From an uncultured delta proteobacterium (GTDB lineage: Bacteria > Myxococcota_A > UBA9160 > SZUA-336): a stretch of DNA of 64,000 nt. A program made the translations under genes and the position numbers. The stretch is from positions 32,001-96,000 of the forward strand of contig CAVPHD010000001.1 in the NCBI GenBank assembly GCA_963704165.1, given 5' to 3'. A model generated the notes under the pieces. The model saw nothing but the letters and a program-made list of their open reading frames with translations. It made no database searches and had not been told where the DNA came from. How positions within the stretch are numbered: position 1 is the stretch's first letter; each line of letters starts with the position of its first letter. Below are positions 28,110-37,640 of this stretch, in pieces.

Positions 28110-28665
28110 ATGGTCGACGATGACGCCCGGCTCATGCTGGCCTTTCGGGACGGCGACCGGCGCGCGTTCGAGGCTCTCTTCACGCGTTACACCCCGCGAG
28201 TTCTGACCTTCCTCACGAGGATGGTGCGGGATCGCGCCCGCGCCGAGGAGCTCACGCAGGACGTGTTCGTGCGCATCTACAACGCCGCGAGTCGCTACGA
28301 GGCAAATGCACGCTTCTCGACCTGGATCTTCGGGATCGCGCGCAACCTGGCTCTGAACGAACTGGCCCGAGCCCACCGCCGCTACGAGAAGCCCGCCACC
28401 GAGCTCGATCTGCTCCGCTCGGCCGACCCCGCGCCCGGCGCGGATGTGCAGCTCGAGGGCGAGCGCGCGCGCCAAGGAGTCGAGCGGGCGCTCGCGAAGC
28501 TGCCGGAGCGTCAGCGTGCGGCCCTGCTGCTTGCGCAGCGAGCAGGGGCTCGACTACGCCGAGATCGCATCGGCGCTGGAAACGACCGTCGCGAGCGTGA
28601 AGAGCCTGATCCATCGCGCCCGGGAAACCCTGCTCGCGGAGCTGGGCGACGAGGACGCGCGATGA
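28110..28665 (+). CDS. ECF RNA polymerase sigma factor, frameshift near 28531
   Basis: GDRRAFEALF, AEELTQDVF, FSTWIFGIARN, LPERQR; region 4 GLDYAEIASALETTVASVKSLIHRAR is in the next frame. Confidence 0.92.
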
Positions 28666-29123
28666 CCTGCGCCGAGCGCCGGGCGGAGTTCGCGGCCTAC
28701 CTGGACGGAGAGCTGGGGCCGAACGAGCGCTCCGAGCTCGCCTCCCACCTCGAGGGCTGCGTGGTCTGCCAGGCGGCCCTCGATTCGGAGCGCCAGCTCT
28801 CTCTCGCACTCGGCGACCTGCCTCCGGTAGAGCTGCCGCCCGATTTCGAGGCGCGCTTCTGGGCGCGAATCGCCCACGAGCAAGATGCGCCGAAGGGATG
28901 GACCGCTCGACTCCTGAGTCGGCGTCTGGCTCTCGGTCTGGGAGGGGCCGCGGCGGTGGCCGCCGCGGCGGTGCTCATGCTGCGCAACCGGCTCCCGGCC
29001 GAGGTCGAAGCCGACCTGCCGATCGTCGCGAGCGCCCGGGACTTCGAGCTGCTCGAGGACCCCGACCTCGAGCTGATCGAGGTGGTCGATCTGCTGCTCG
29101 AGATGGAGGGGGACCAGGGATGA
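28662..29123 (+). CDS. Zinc-finger (HxxxCxxC) anti-sigma factor
   Basis: AYLDGEL, HLEGCVVC, one TM helix. ATGA overlap with the sigma gene. Confidence 0.9.
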   Translation: MTCAERRAEFAAYLDGELGPNERSELASHLEGCVVCQAALDSERQLSLALGDLPPVELPPDFEARFWARIAHEQDAPKGWTARLLSRRLALGLGGAAAVAAAAVLMLRNRLPAEVEADLPIVASARDFELLEDPDLELIEVVDLLLEMEGDQG

Positions 29124-29530
29124 GGATCCCGAACGTCGTGCACCGACGTGCCTTCCTGATCTCGTGCGCGGTTGCGCTCGGAGTTGCCGCGCTACCCGTG
29201 CACGCCCGCGCGGACGAGAAGGCGCCGGCGAACTCGGCGAGGGAACGCTGGCGGAAGCTCTCTCCGAAGCAGCGTGAGAAGCTGCGCGAGCGCTACCGCG
29301 ACTTCAAGAAGCTCCCGGCCCAGGACCAGGCTCGCGTGCGCAAGAACTTCGAGCGCTGGCAGAAGCTCTCCCCGGAGCAAAGACGAGCGGCGCGCGGCCA
29401 GTACAAGCGCTGGCAGGAGCTTCCGCCCGAGAAGCGCGACAAGCTGCGCGAGCGCTGGCGCTCGCTCACGCCCGAGCAGCGCAAAGAGCTGCGCAAGCGC
29501 CGCGGTGGACGCCCTCCCAAGCCGTCCTGA
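29120..29530 (+). CDS. DUF3106-like periplasmic protein
   Basis: Repeated (W/F)xxL(S/P/T)PxQ/K units; RRAFL signal peptide; third gene of the sigma module. Confidence 0.8.
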   Translation: MRIPNVVHRRAFLISCAVALGVAALPVHARADEKAPANSARERWRKLSPKQREKLRERYRDFKKLPAQDQARVRKNFERWQKLSPEQRRAARGQYKRWQELPPEKRDKLRERWRSLTPEQRKELRKRRGGRPPKPS

Positions 29531-29566
29531 CGTAGAATGGCTGCAAGAACCAGGGAGGACTTCGCG

Positions 29567-30475
29567 ATGGGTGTGCTCGATGGAAAGGTAGCGATCGTGA
29601 CGGGCGCAGGACGCGGCATCGGCCGTGAGATCGCGCTCGACTTCGCCCGCAACGGCGCGAGCGTGGTGGTGAACGATCTGGGCGGAAACGCAGACGGCAC
29701 CGGCTCCGGGCGCATCGCCGACGACGTCGTCGCCGAGATCGCGAAGCTCGGCGGCAAGGCCGTGGCGAACTACGACTCGGTCGCGACGATGGCGGGCGGT
29801 CTCGCGATCTTCCAGTCCGCGCTGAAGGCATTCGGCGCCTGCGACATCCTGGTGAACAACGCCGGGATCCTGCGCGACAAGACGATCTTCAACATGGACG
29901 AGAGCGACTGGGATACGGTCATCGCGGTCCACCTGAAGGGTCACTTCTGCTGCACGCAGCCGTTCGCGCGCTACATCCGCGAAACGAATCGGCGCGGCTG
30001 CCGGATCATCAACTTCTCGTCGGTATCGGGCCTGTTCGGCAACTTCGGGCAATCGAACTACGGCGCGGCGAAGTCGGGCATTGCCGGTTTCTCGCGCGTG
30101 TTGGCGCTCGAGCTCGCGAAGTACGGCTGCACCGTGAACACGATCTCGCCGGGAGCGGCCACCCGCATGACGATCCCACTGATGGAGGGCCGCGGCGCGC
30201 AGGTGGACCCGGAGAACCCGCTCACCGGCCCGCAGCAGATCGCGCCGGTCGTCAGCTGGCTCAGCTCGGCCGCAGCGCAGGAGTGCACCGGGCAGATCAT
30301 CCACGTGATGCGCGGACAGCTCGCGATCATGCAGCAGCCGGCGCTGATCCGGGATTTCTCGACCGACCACCTCTGGACGCAGGACGATCTCGACCGCGTC
30401 ATTCCGGCGCTTCTGGCCGCCAAGAAGGCGCACGACGAGCGGGTGAAGAAGGAAGCCGAGCCCGAGCCGATCTAG
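29567..30475 (+). CDS. Short-chain dehydrogenase/reductase (hydroxyacyl-CoA dehydrogenase-like)
   Basis: TGAGRGIG, VVVNDLG, NNAGILRD, GNFGQSNYGAAK. Confidence 0.93.
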   Translation: MGVLDGKVAIVTGAGRGIGREIALDFARNGASVVVNDLGGNADGTGSGRIADDVVAEIAKLGGKAVANYDSVATMAGGLAIFQSALKAFGACDILVNNAGILRDKTIFNMDESDWDTVIAVHLKGHFCCTQPFARYIRETNRRGCRIINFSSVSGLFGNFGQSNYGAAKSGIAGFSRVLALELAKYGCTVNTISPGAATRMTIPLMEGRGAQVDPENPLTGPQQIAPVVSWLSSAAAQECTGQIIHVMRGQLAIMQQPALIRDFSTDHLWTQDDLDRVIPALLAAKKAHDERVKKEAEPEPI

Positions 30476-30499
30476 CCGGGGTTGCGTTAGCCTAGGGCG

Positions 30500-32041
30500 A
30501 TGGCCCTCCCGCTGATCCAAGTCATGGACACGACGCTTCGCGACGGCGAGCAGACGCCGGGCGTTGCGTACACGCCATCGGAGAAGCTCGAGCTCGCGCG
30601 GCTTCTCCTGGACTCGGTGCGGGTCGATCGGATCGAGATTGCGCAGGTCTTCGTCTCGGAGGGCGAGGTCGAGGCGGTCCGGCGGATTTCGAGCTGGGCG
30701 CGCAAGAACGGCCACGCGGAGAAGAGCGAGATCCTGGGTCTGGTCGATGGTCGACGGTCGGTCGATTGGATCGTCGATCACGGAGCTGGCGCCCTGAACC
30801 TGTTGACGAAGGGCTCGCGCCGGCATTGCGAGGGACAGCTCCGCAAGACCCCCGAGCTGCACTTCAAGGAAATCGCGGAGACCGTCCGCTACGCACGTTC
30901 TCGAAAGCTCGTCGTGAACGTCTACCTCGAGGACTGGTCGCAGGGCGTCCGCGACAGCTTCGACTACGTCTTCGGCCACGTTCAGAACCTGAGCGGCCTG
31001 GGCGTGAAGCGCGTCTACCTTCCAGACACCCTCGGCGTGATGACACCGGACGACGTCACGCGCTACGTCGGCTTGATGACGCGAACCTGGCCGGATGTCC
31101 ACTTCGAGTTCCACGGTCACGGCGACTACGGACTCGCGACGGCGAACTGCCTGGCCGCGATCGCAGCGGGAGCGCGCGGCGTGCACACGAGCGTGAACGG
31201 CATGGGCGAGCGCGCGGGCAACACGCGCCTCGCGGAGGTCGTCGCAGCACTCCACGACTTGACGGATTTCCGAACGGGCATCGACGAACGCCGACTGGTC
31301 GCGGTCTCCGAGATCGTCGCGACGCTCTCGGGCAAGACCGTCGCCGACAACGCCCCCGTCGTCGGCCGCGACGTATTCACGCAGACGGCCGGCATCCACG
31401 CGGACGGGGACGCGAAGGCCGATCTCTACCTGACGCGGCTGTCCCCCGCGCGCTTCGGGCGGCGACGCCGTTACGCGCTCGGCAAGATGGCGGGCAAGGC
31501 CTCGATCGATCAGAACCTGAAGACGCTCGGCATCAAGTTGCCCGCAGAGAAGCGCGACCTGGTGCTTCGACGCATCGTCGAGCTCGGCGACAAGAAGCAC
31601 AACGTCACACCGGAAGATCTGCCGCTGATCATCGCCGACGTCCTGAAGACCCCGAGCGAGTCACTCGTTCGGATCGAGCGCTACGAGTTCCACTCCGAGA
31701 GCGACGGCGAACCGCGAGCGTCCGTGTCGATCCGGTACCGCGGCAAGGTCGAGTCCGCCGCCGCCGCGGGCGACGGCGGCTACGACGCCTTCATGAAGGC
31801 GCTCGCCAAGGCCGTGCGCGCCTTCGACCTGAAGCTGCCCCAGCTGGTCGATTACAAGGTCCGGATCCCGCCCGGCGGGAAGACCGGTGCGCTCGTGGAA
31901 ACCCTGATCAGCTGGCAGACGAGCGCGCGAGCGCAGCCCTTCAACACGATCGGCGTCGATCCGGATCAGCTCGCGGCCGCGGTGATCGCCACAGAGAAGA
32001 TGCTGAACCTGCTCGCTTCCCGGCGGAAGCCGCGACCTTGA
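30500..32041 (+). CDS. cimA: (R)-citramalate synthase, Leptospira/Bacteroides-type, with regulatory domain
   Basis: MDTTLRDGEQT, RVDRIEIA, LNLLTKGS, NVYLEDWS, FHGHGDYGL, VFTQTAGIHADGD, YALGKM, GDGGYDAF, DYKVRIPPGG.T.ALVET. Confidence 0.8.
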   Translation: MALPLIQVMDTTLRDGEQTPGVAYTPSEKLELARLLLDSVRVDRIEIAQVFVSEGEVEAVRRISSWARKNGHAEKSEILGLVDGRRSVDWIVDHGAGALNLLTKGSRRHCEGQLRKTPELHFKEIAETVRYARSRKLVVNVYLEDWSQGVRDSFDYVFGHVQNLSGLGVKRVYLPDTLGVMTPDDVTRYVGLMTRTWPDVHFEFHGHGDYGLATANCLAAIAAGARGVHTSVNGMGERAGNTRLAEVVAALHDLTDFRTGIDERRLVAVSEIVATLSGKTVADNAPVVGRDVFTQTAGIHADGDAKADLYLTRLSPARFGRRRRYALGKMAGKASIDQNLKTLGIKLPAEKRDLVLRRIVELGDKKHNVTPEDLPLIIADVLKTPSESLVRIERYEFHSESDGEPRASVSIRYRGKVESAAAAGDGGYDAFMKALAKAVRAFDLKLPQLVDYKVRIPPGGKTGALVETLISWQTSARAQPFNTIGVDPDQLAAAVIATEKMLNLLASRRKPRP

Positions 32042-32970
32042 TTCGAGCGCGAGCGGGGCTTGCGGCGCGGGCCTTGGCTTGCGCCGCGCTCGCGAGCGCG
32101 TGTGCGAGCACCGAGCCACCGCCCGCGCTCGTGCCGACCCAGGACCTGCTCGAAGTCGTCGCGCTCGTTCGGCTGCACGTCGATGACGACACCTATCGCT
32201 TTCCTCCGGCTCGCGACTTCACCGGCAAGAACGTCTTCCGCGTGTCGTTCGAACGGCTCGAGAGCCTCGAGACCGCGAACCCCGAGAAGCTCTCCTCCGG
32301 CTACGCGATCGATGTCGTCTGGTTCACCAAGGCGCGTGCGCTCGAACGCATCGGCGAGTACGACCTGGCGATGCGCCACTACGCGCGCGTGACGGAGCTC
32401 GACTCGGAGCTTGCAGACGCCGCACGCGCCGGACGCGACGTGAATGCGCGGCTCTCGGGCGCGCGGGCGCTGGCGCCGCCAACGCGAGCGACGGCCGAAG
32501 AGGCCGTGAACGCTCACGCGCGCCAGCGCGAAGAGCTCGAGGCTCTACGCGCCGAGGTCGCGACGACGCACTGGCGCTACGTCGTCGATGAAGAGCTGGA
32601 GCGTGTCGATGCTTTCGAAGCCTCGACGCTCGCCGCGCACGCTGCCCTGGACCCGGGCTACGGCACCGCCGCGCTGCAGAGCGCGCAATCGCTCGTGCAA
32701 GCGCATCGGCAGAGCAAGTACCACAACCGCCACCTGCTCGCGCTCGGGGATCTGTACGCCGCACTCTCACGCAGCTACGCGCAGCGATTTCCCCCGCCTT
32801 CTCTCGGCTTCGACCCGGCCACGTTCGACGAGTACGCGCACGGCGCGACGCGCGTCTACGAGGTCGTCGCGCAGCAGGACGGCACCGTCGAGAAGCTCGA
32901 AGGGGCGCACAAGCTCGAGGCATTTCTCGGCTTCACCATGCAGGTCTACGAGGAACGTGTCCCCCGCTAG
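32038..32970 (+). CDS. Hypothetical helical/TPR-like lipoprotein
   Basis: The TTG start overlaps the cimA stop. ASAC lipobox; TPR-like KARALERIGEYDLAMRHY. Confidence 0.75.
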   Translation: MIRARAGLAARALACAALASACASTEPPPALVPTQDLLEVVALVRLHVDDDTYRFPPARDFTGKNVFRVSFERLESLETANPEKLSSGYAIDVVWFTKARALERIGEYDLAMRHYARVTELDSELADAARAGRDVNARLSGARALAPPTRATAEEAVNAHARQREELEALRAEVATTHWRYVVDEELERVDAFEASTLAAHAALDPGYGTAALQSAQSLVQAHRQSKYHNRHLLALGDLYAALSRSYAQRFPPPSLGFDPATFDEYAHGATRVYEVVAQQDGTVEKLEGAHKLEAFLGFTMQVYEERVPR

Positions 32971-35209
32971 GTGCATCGTGGCGATCGCGATCGCTCTGTG
33001 CGCGTGCACGCGCGCGCCGACGCCCGCGGAGCTTCGACCGGTGCTGGACGGTCGGCCTGCGCGTGAGCCCCTGCCCGACGACGCCGAGCGCTTGGCCGCC
33101 CGTGTCGCGGCGGCCGCACTCGCGGGTCGGACCGATCAGGCGCTCTCTCTCGGCGAGTCACTCGCCGACGAGGACGAGCTGCGCGAGGCGAGAGGGGAGC
33201 GCCCATCGGGTCTCGCCGACAACGCGGCCGAGATCGCCGCAGCGTGCGACGGAAGCGAGGCGTTTCCGGCACATGCGCGCGTCCTGCTCGACCGCAGCGA
33301 TCTCGACGCCGCGTCGCGGCTTCGCCTCGAGCGGGCGATTGCGAGTGAACCGCTCGAGAGCGCCGATGCCGACGTATCGGCCGACCGACGCGGGAAGGCG
33401 GGTGCGATCTTCAATCGCATCATCGAGCCGGTTTCGAAGACCCTGCTCACCGGCATCCTGAATCCGATCGACGCGACACGCTCGACGATCGGAACGTTGC
33501 TCACCGCTCACCGCTTTCCCGGGGCGAGCGTGCGCGAGCGTCGAGCGCTGCGCACGTGGGACGACTGGCTGGCGCGACATCCGGACGATCCGCGGGCCCC
33601 CGAGGTCGCCGAACGCGCGCGACGTTTCCGGATGAAGCTCGCGGACGAGCGCTACGACCGCGCGATCTCGGGTGCGCGATCCGCGCTGGATTCTCGAGAA
33701 CTCGAACGCGCGCGGATTCTCGCCGGGCGGGCACTGCAAAGCCGGCCCGACAGCGAGACGGCCGCGAAGCTCTTCGAGCACGTGACCTCGGAGCTCGAAG
33801 TCCGCGATGCGCGCGTGCGCGACTCCCTCGAGATGCGCGATCTCGAGCCAGCTGGCCTCGACGAGAACTCCCGAGCCATCTATCTCGATCTCACGCGCGG
33901 AACGCTCGTCTCGCGGGCGGACGAGGTCGCCAGCCGCGCGAGCGCCTGGCGCACGCACGCCGCGCCACGGGAACTCGGAGGCGAACTCAGACTGCTGGAG
34001 AGCTTCGGACCGCGCTCACGCGGCGACGAGGACGGCTTCTTCGCTGGCTTGCGCAAGGTCGTCGAAGCGGCACCGCCGGGTGACACCGTGTCGCGTCAGG
34101 CCGTGTCGATCATGGCGGACCCGGACCAGAATCCGTACGCCTTCTACGTCGCCGCCCGGAGTGCAGACCGTCGCGCGCGGCTCGGCTGGCTGGCGCTCGG
34201 CCCGCACGCGAACGGACCGCGGAACCGCGACCTGCCGCGGCCGCTCGAGTACGTGCTCGATCTTCCTGCCGCGGCAATCTCACTCGTCACCTTCCCTTTG
34301 CGACTCCTGCAGTACCCGAACGCGAGCGTGAAATTCGGACAGGGCGTGCTGATCGCCGGCGAACGCTACACGGAACGGCATCCGAACGGACAACACGCGC
34401 CCGAGGTCGGCCGCGATCTCGCCGACCGCTTCGCTTCGCGGGGTCAGTTCAACGCGGCGCTCCGGCACGAGCAAGCGCTCGCCGATCCGGATCCTGCTCT
34501 GGTCGCGCGCTATCGCGAGAAGATCTCCGAGCAGATGCTCGGCGGCGTCGACCGCGAGCGACGCATCGACATGAAGCTCGCCCTGCTCGCCGCGATTGCG
34601 CGCGACTACCCGGAGACGAGCGCGGGCGAGCGGGCGCGGACGCGGTTCATCGCCGAGAAGAGCGCGATCACGGCGCAGAGAATCCGACTCACCCACGGAT
34701 TTCTCGTCGAGCATCCGGAACTCTGGGCGCCCGGAACGCTCGAGCTGAACCCCGAGCTTCTGGACGGCTCGCTGCGCAACGGAGAGATCGCGGAAAGCGG
34801 CGTCGTGCTGATCGGCCGGAACTCGATCGAGATCGCACTCGAAGGCCGCGACCCCGTCGTACGCCAGATCTCCGCCGAGGACTTCGCGCGATTCATCGCC
34901 CGCCTCGAGCAAGCCAGCTACGCGACGCTGACGCGCGACCCTCGGGAGTCCCCGATCGCCGACCCGGCGCGCGATTCCTTCTTCGCATCTGCCCGTCTCG
35001 GAGTCGTCGATGAGTCGGATCTGCGCCCGTCTGCGCGCTCCGAAGCCATCTACCGAAGCACGCACGAGAAGCACGGCTTCGTGAACGCGCGAGAGAGCAT
35101 CTTGCCGGTCGATCTGGTCCTGCGCGGCGACATCGAGTCCCTCGGCCTGGCCGCGTTCCCGCGCATCCGGATGCCCGACGCTCCCGCCGACTCCCTGCTC
35201 TACGACTGA
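32957..35209 (+). CDS. Large hypothetical helical lipoprotein (~750 aa)
   Basis: IVAIAIALCAC lipobox-like signal; long ORF overlapping the previous gene; no family recognised. Confidence 0.75.
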   Translation: MSPARCIVAIAIALCACTRAPTPAELRPVLDGRPAREPLPDDAERLAARVAAAALAGRTDQALSLGESLADEDELREARGERPSGLADNAAEIAAACDGSEAFPAHARVLLDRSDLDAASRLRLERAIASEPLESADADVSADRRGKAGAIFNRIIEPVSKTLLTGILNPIDATRSTIGTLLTAHRFPGASVRERRALRTWDDWLARHPDDPRAPEVAERARRFRMKLADERYDRAISGARSALDSRELERARILAGRALQSRPDSETAAKLFEHVTSELEVRDARVRDSLEMRDLEPAGLDENSRAIYLDLTRGTLVSRADEVASRASAWRTHAAPRELGGELRLLESFGPRSRGDEDGFFAGLRKVVEAAPPGDTVSRQAVSIMADPDQNPYAFYVAARSADRRARLGWLALGPHANGPRNRDLPRPLEYVLDLPAAAISLVTFPLRLLQYPNASVKFGQGVLIAGERYTERHPNGQHAPEVGRDLADRFASRGQFNAALRHEQALADPDPALVARYREKISEQMLGGVDRERRIDMKLALLAAIARDYPETSAGERARTRFIAEKSAITAQRIRLTHGFLVEHPELWAPGTLELNPELLDGSLRNGEIAESGVVLIGRNSIEIALEGRDPVVRQISAEDFARFIARLEQASYATLTRDPRESPIADPARDSFFASARLGVVDESDLRPSARSEAIYRSTHEKHGFVNARESILPVDLVLRGDIESLGLAAFPRIRMPDAPADSLLYD

Positions 35210-36438
35210 CGCGGATCCGCGTAGGCGCGCGCGAGGAGCTCCACGGGATGAAGCACTTCGACCGAAAGACGCGAAGCGCGCACACCCGCACCGATCTGAA
35301 GCAGACAACCCGGGTTCCCCGTGGCGACGGCATCGGGTGCCGAATCGCGGATCGCCTGGATCTTGCGCTCGAGCAGGCGTGCCGACATCGCGGGCTGCGT
35401 CAGGTTGTAGATTCCGGCGGCACCACAACAGTCGCGACAACCCTCCAGGTCGAAGAGCTCGAGCTCCGGGATCGCGCGCAGTAGCGCGCGCGGCGCCGAG
35501 GCGACGCGTTGACCGTGCAGGAGATGACACGGATCGTCGTAAGCCACGCGCATTCGAAGCGGTCGGGGGATCTCTCGCAGTCCGGCATCGGCGAGGAATT
35601 CGGTCACGTCGCGGACCTTGTGCGCGAGGTCGTCCCCCATGTCGCGCAGCGCGGCGCCGCAGCCCGCCGAGTTCAGGATCACGGCGTCGATCCCGTCGAT
35701 CCGGAAGGCCGCTCGATTCGCAGAGTGCAGGCTCTCCGCGGCTTCGTGATCACCCGCGTGGCGATGCAGCGCACCGCAGCAGACCTGCCCCGCTGGTACG
35801 TCGACCTCGAAACCGTTGCGCGCGAGCACGTCGATCGTCGCGGCGTTCACCGGACCGAACATTTCCGGCATGATGCAACCCGAGAAGAAGGCGACGCGCC
35901 CACGTCGCACACCGCGTGCAGGGACCCGAAGCGGTGCGCGGTGGGCATCGGGAATCCGCGGCAGCATCTGCTCCATCCGGGCCAACGGCGGAACGATCGA
36001 GAGCAGGCGCGACGCGCGCAGCGCTCGCTGGAGACCACTGCGCTGGTACGCGCGCAGCGCTCCACCGAATGCGTGCAGCACGCGCCTCGATGCGACGACC
36101 CGGCGCAGGGCGATCCGAGAGACGAATCGACGCACGCGCCCGCGAGCCCCGCGCACGTCGATCTCGGCGCGCATGCTCTCGACCAGGTGGCCATAGCGCA
36201 CGCCGGCCGGACAAGCCGACTCGCATGCGCGGCACGCCAGACAGAGGGCCATCTCATCGACGACCAGGTCATCGAGCGGAATGCGCCCCTCGGCAACGCC
36301 GCGCATCAGGTAGATGCGTCCGCGCGGAGAGCTCGATTCGCGCCCGGTCTCCTGGTAGGTCGGGCAGTGCGGCAGGCACAGACCACAGTGGACACAATCG
36401 AGTGTCGCCTGGTAGTCGAGCAGGCCGTACTCCGCCAC
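35200..36438 (-). CDS. glcF: Glycolate oxidase iron-sulfur subunit
   Basis: CVHCGLCLPHCPTY, SPRGRI, CLACRACESACP, two CCG domains. Confidence 0.92.
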   Translation of the reverse strand: MAEYGLLDYQATLDCVHCGLCLPHCPTYQETGRESSSPRGRIYLMRGVAEGRIPLDDLVVDEMALCLACRACESACPAGVRYGHLVESMRAEIDVRGARGRVRRFVSRIALRRVVASRRVLHAFGGALRAYQRSGLQRALRASRLLSIVPPLARMEQMLPRIPDAHRAPLRVPARGVRRGRVAFFSGCIMPEMFGPVNAATIDVLARNGFEVDVPAGQVCCGALHRHAGDHEAAESLHSANRAAFRIDGIDAVILNSAGCGAALRDMGDDLAHKVRDVTEFLADAGLREIPRPLRMRVAYDDPCHLLHGQRVASAPRALLRAIPELELFDLEGCRDCCGAAGIYNLTQPAMSARLLERKIQAIRDSAPDAVATGNPGCLLQIGAGVRASRLSVEVLHPVELLARAYADPRQS

Positions 36439-36441
36439 CGT

Positions 36442-37638
36442 TCAGATCCCTCCGACGAAGCGGCCCGGTGAGAGCACGCGGCGGGGATCGAAGCGCGCCT
36501 TGACCGCGCGCATCAACGCGAGTGAATCCGGCGCAGGCCCGAAGACGTCACAGGGCGGCGACCCGGCGTCTCGCGCGCGCTCGGCGAAGAACAGCGCATC
36601 GAGCCGCTCGGCGGCCGCGAAAAGCCGCGGCAACGTTCCATCGTCGGCCTCGACGACGACCGAACCCGCGATCGGGAAGATCGCACGGAGCGAATCGGCG
36701 CCCGCTGCTTCGCCGGCCGCTCGGCACAACGCGGTGACGTCGCTCGGACGCGCGGAGAGACGCACTCGTGCGCCGCCCGCCGAGGGCGGAGTCGCAAACG
36801 ACATCCGAAGCTCCACCCAGCGCAGGGACGACACCGCATCACCCGGAATCCGCGCCGCTTCCCGTGCGACGGATCGCGTGTCCCCGGTCAGTCGGTAGAG
36901 AAGCTCGACGCCGTTCGCGTCCGTGAGCAGCGCCGCGCCGACGGGTGGCGAAGAAGCCGCCACGCCGGTGAACGCGAGAATCCCGCTCTCGAGCGACGGA
37001 AATCGGGCCGAGATGACGCGCTCGCACTCCGGTGCGGCGCGTAGACGGAACGTCGCACGCGTGATCACGCCGAGTGTTCCGAATGATCCGCAATAGAGCC
37101 TCGCGAGATCGAAGCCGCTCACGTTCTTCACGACCCGCCCGCCGGCGAACGCGATCTCGCCGTTCGCGAGCGCGATCTCGATGCCGAGTATCTCGTTCGC
37201 CAACCGCCCGTCGAGCGACCAGTCCGGCCCGAACGGATCTGCGGCGAGCGCGCCACCGATCGTCCCGTGGGAAGCGAGCTCGGAAAGCGCGCTCGTCTTG
37301 CCGAGAGCCTCGAGCCGGCGCGCGAATTCGGCGGTGCGCACGCCCGCATCGAGCGTCGCGATGCCCTCGTCGGCATCGATCTCGATCGCCTCCGAGATGC
37401 GGCCGAGATCGAGCCGGATGATCGAGCTCGCGGCGAGCGGGTTTCCGAGGTGCTGTCGTGTTCCCGCGCCATGTGCGACGACGGGGAGCGCCGCCTCACC
37501 GGCGATGCGCAGGCACGCGGCGAGTTCGCGCGCGTCCTTGGGCCGAACGATCGCGGCGACGCGCGCACCCGCGAGCGTGAGCGACCCCGGTCGCTCGACG
37601 TTTGGAACGCCGACGACCGCCTCGAATGCGTCTCCCAC
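36442..37638 (-). CDS. glcE: Glycolate oxidase FAD-binding subunit
   Basis: GTIGG, GGRVVKNVSGFDL, GSFGTLGVI, KARFDP..VLSPGRF. It lies between glcD and glcF. Confidence 0.88.
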   Translation of the reverse strand: MGDAFEAVVGVPNVERPGSLTLAGARVAAIVRPKDARELAACLRIAGEAALPVVAHGAGTRQHLGNPLAASSIIRLDLGRISEAIEIDADEGIATLDAGVRTAEFARRLEALGKTSALSELASHGTIGGALAADPFGPDWSLDGRLANEILGIEIALANGEIAFAGGRVVKNVSGFDLARLYCGSFGTLGVITRATFRLRAAPECERVISARFPSLESGILAFTGVAASSPPVGAALLTDANGVELLYRLTGDTRSVAREAARIPGDAVSSLRWVELRMSFATPPSAGGARVRLSARPSDVTALCRAAGEAAGADSLRAIFPIAGSVVVEADDGTLPRLFAAAERLDALFFAERARDAGSPPCDVFGPAPDSLALMRAVKARFDPRRVLSPGRFVGGI

Positions 37639-37640
37639 GG

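Noticed and set aside
28098..29123. Apparent sigma / anti-sigma fusion protein
   Set aside because: Caused by the indel near 28531. Sigma region 4 is in another frame and ends at an ATGA overlap with the anti-sigma gene.
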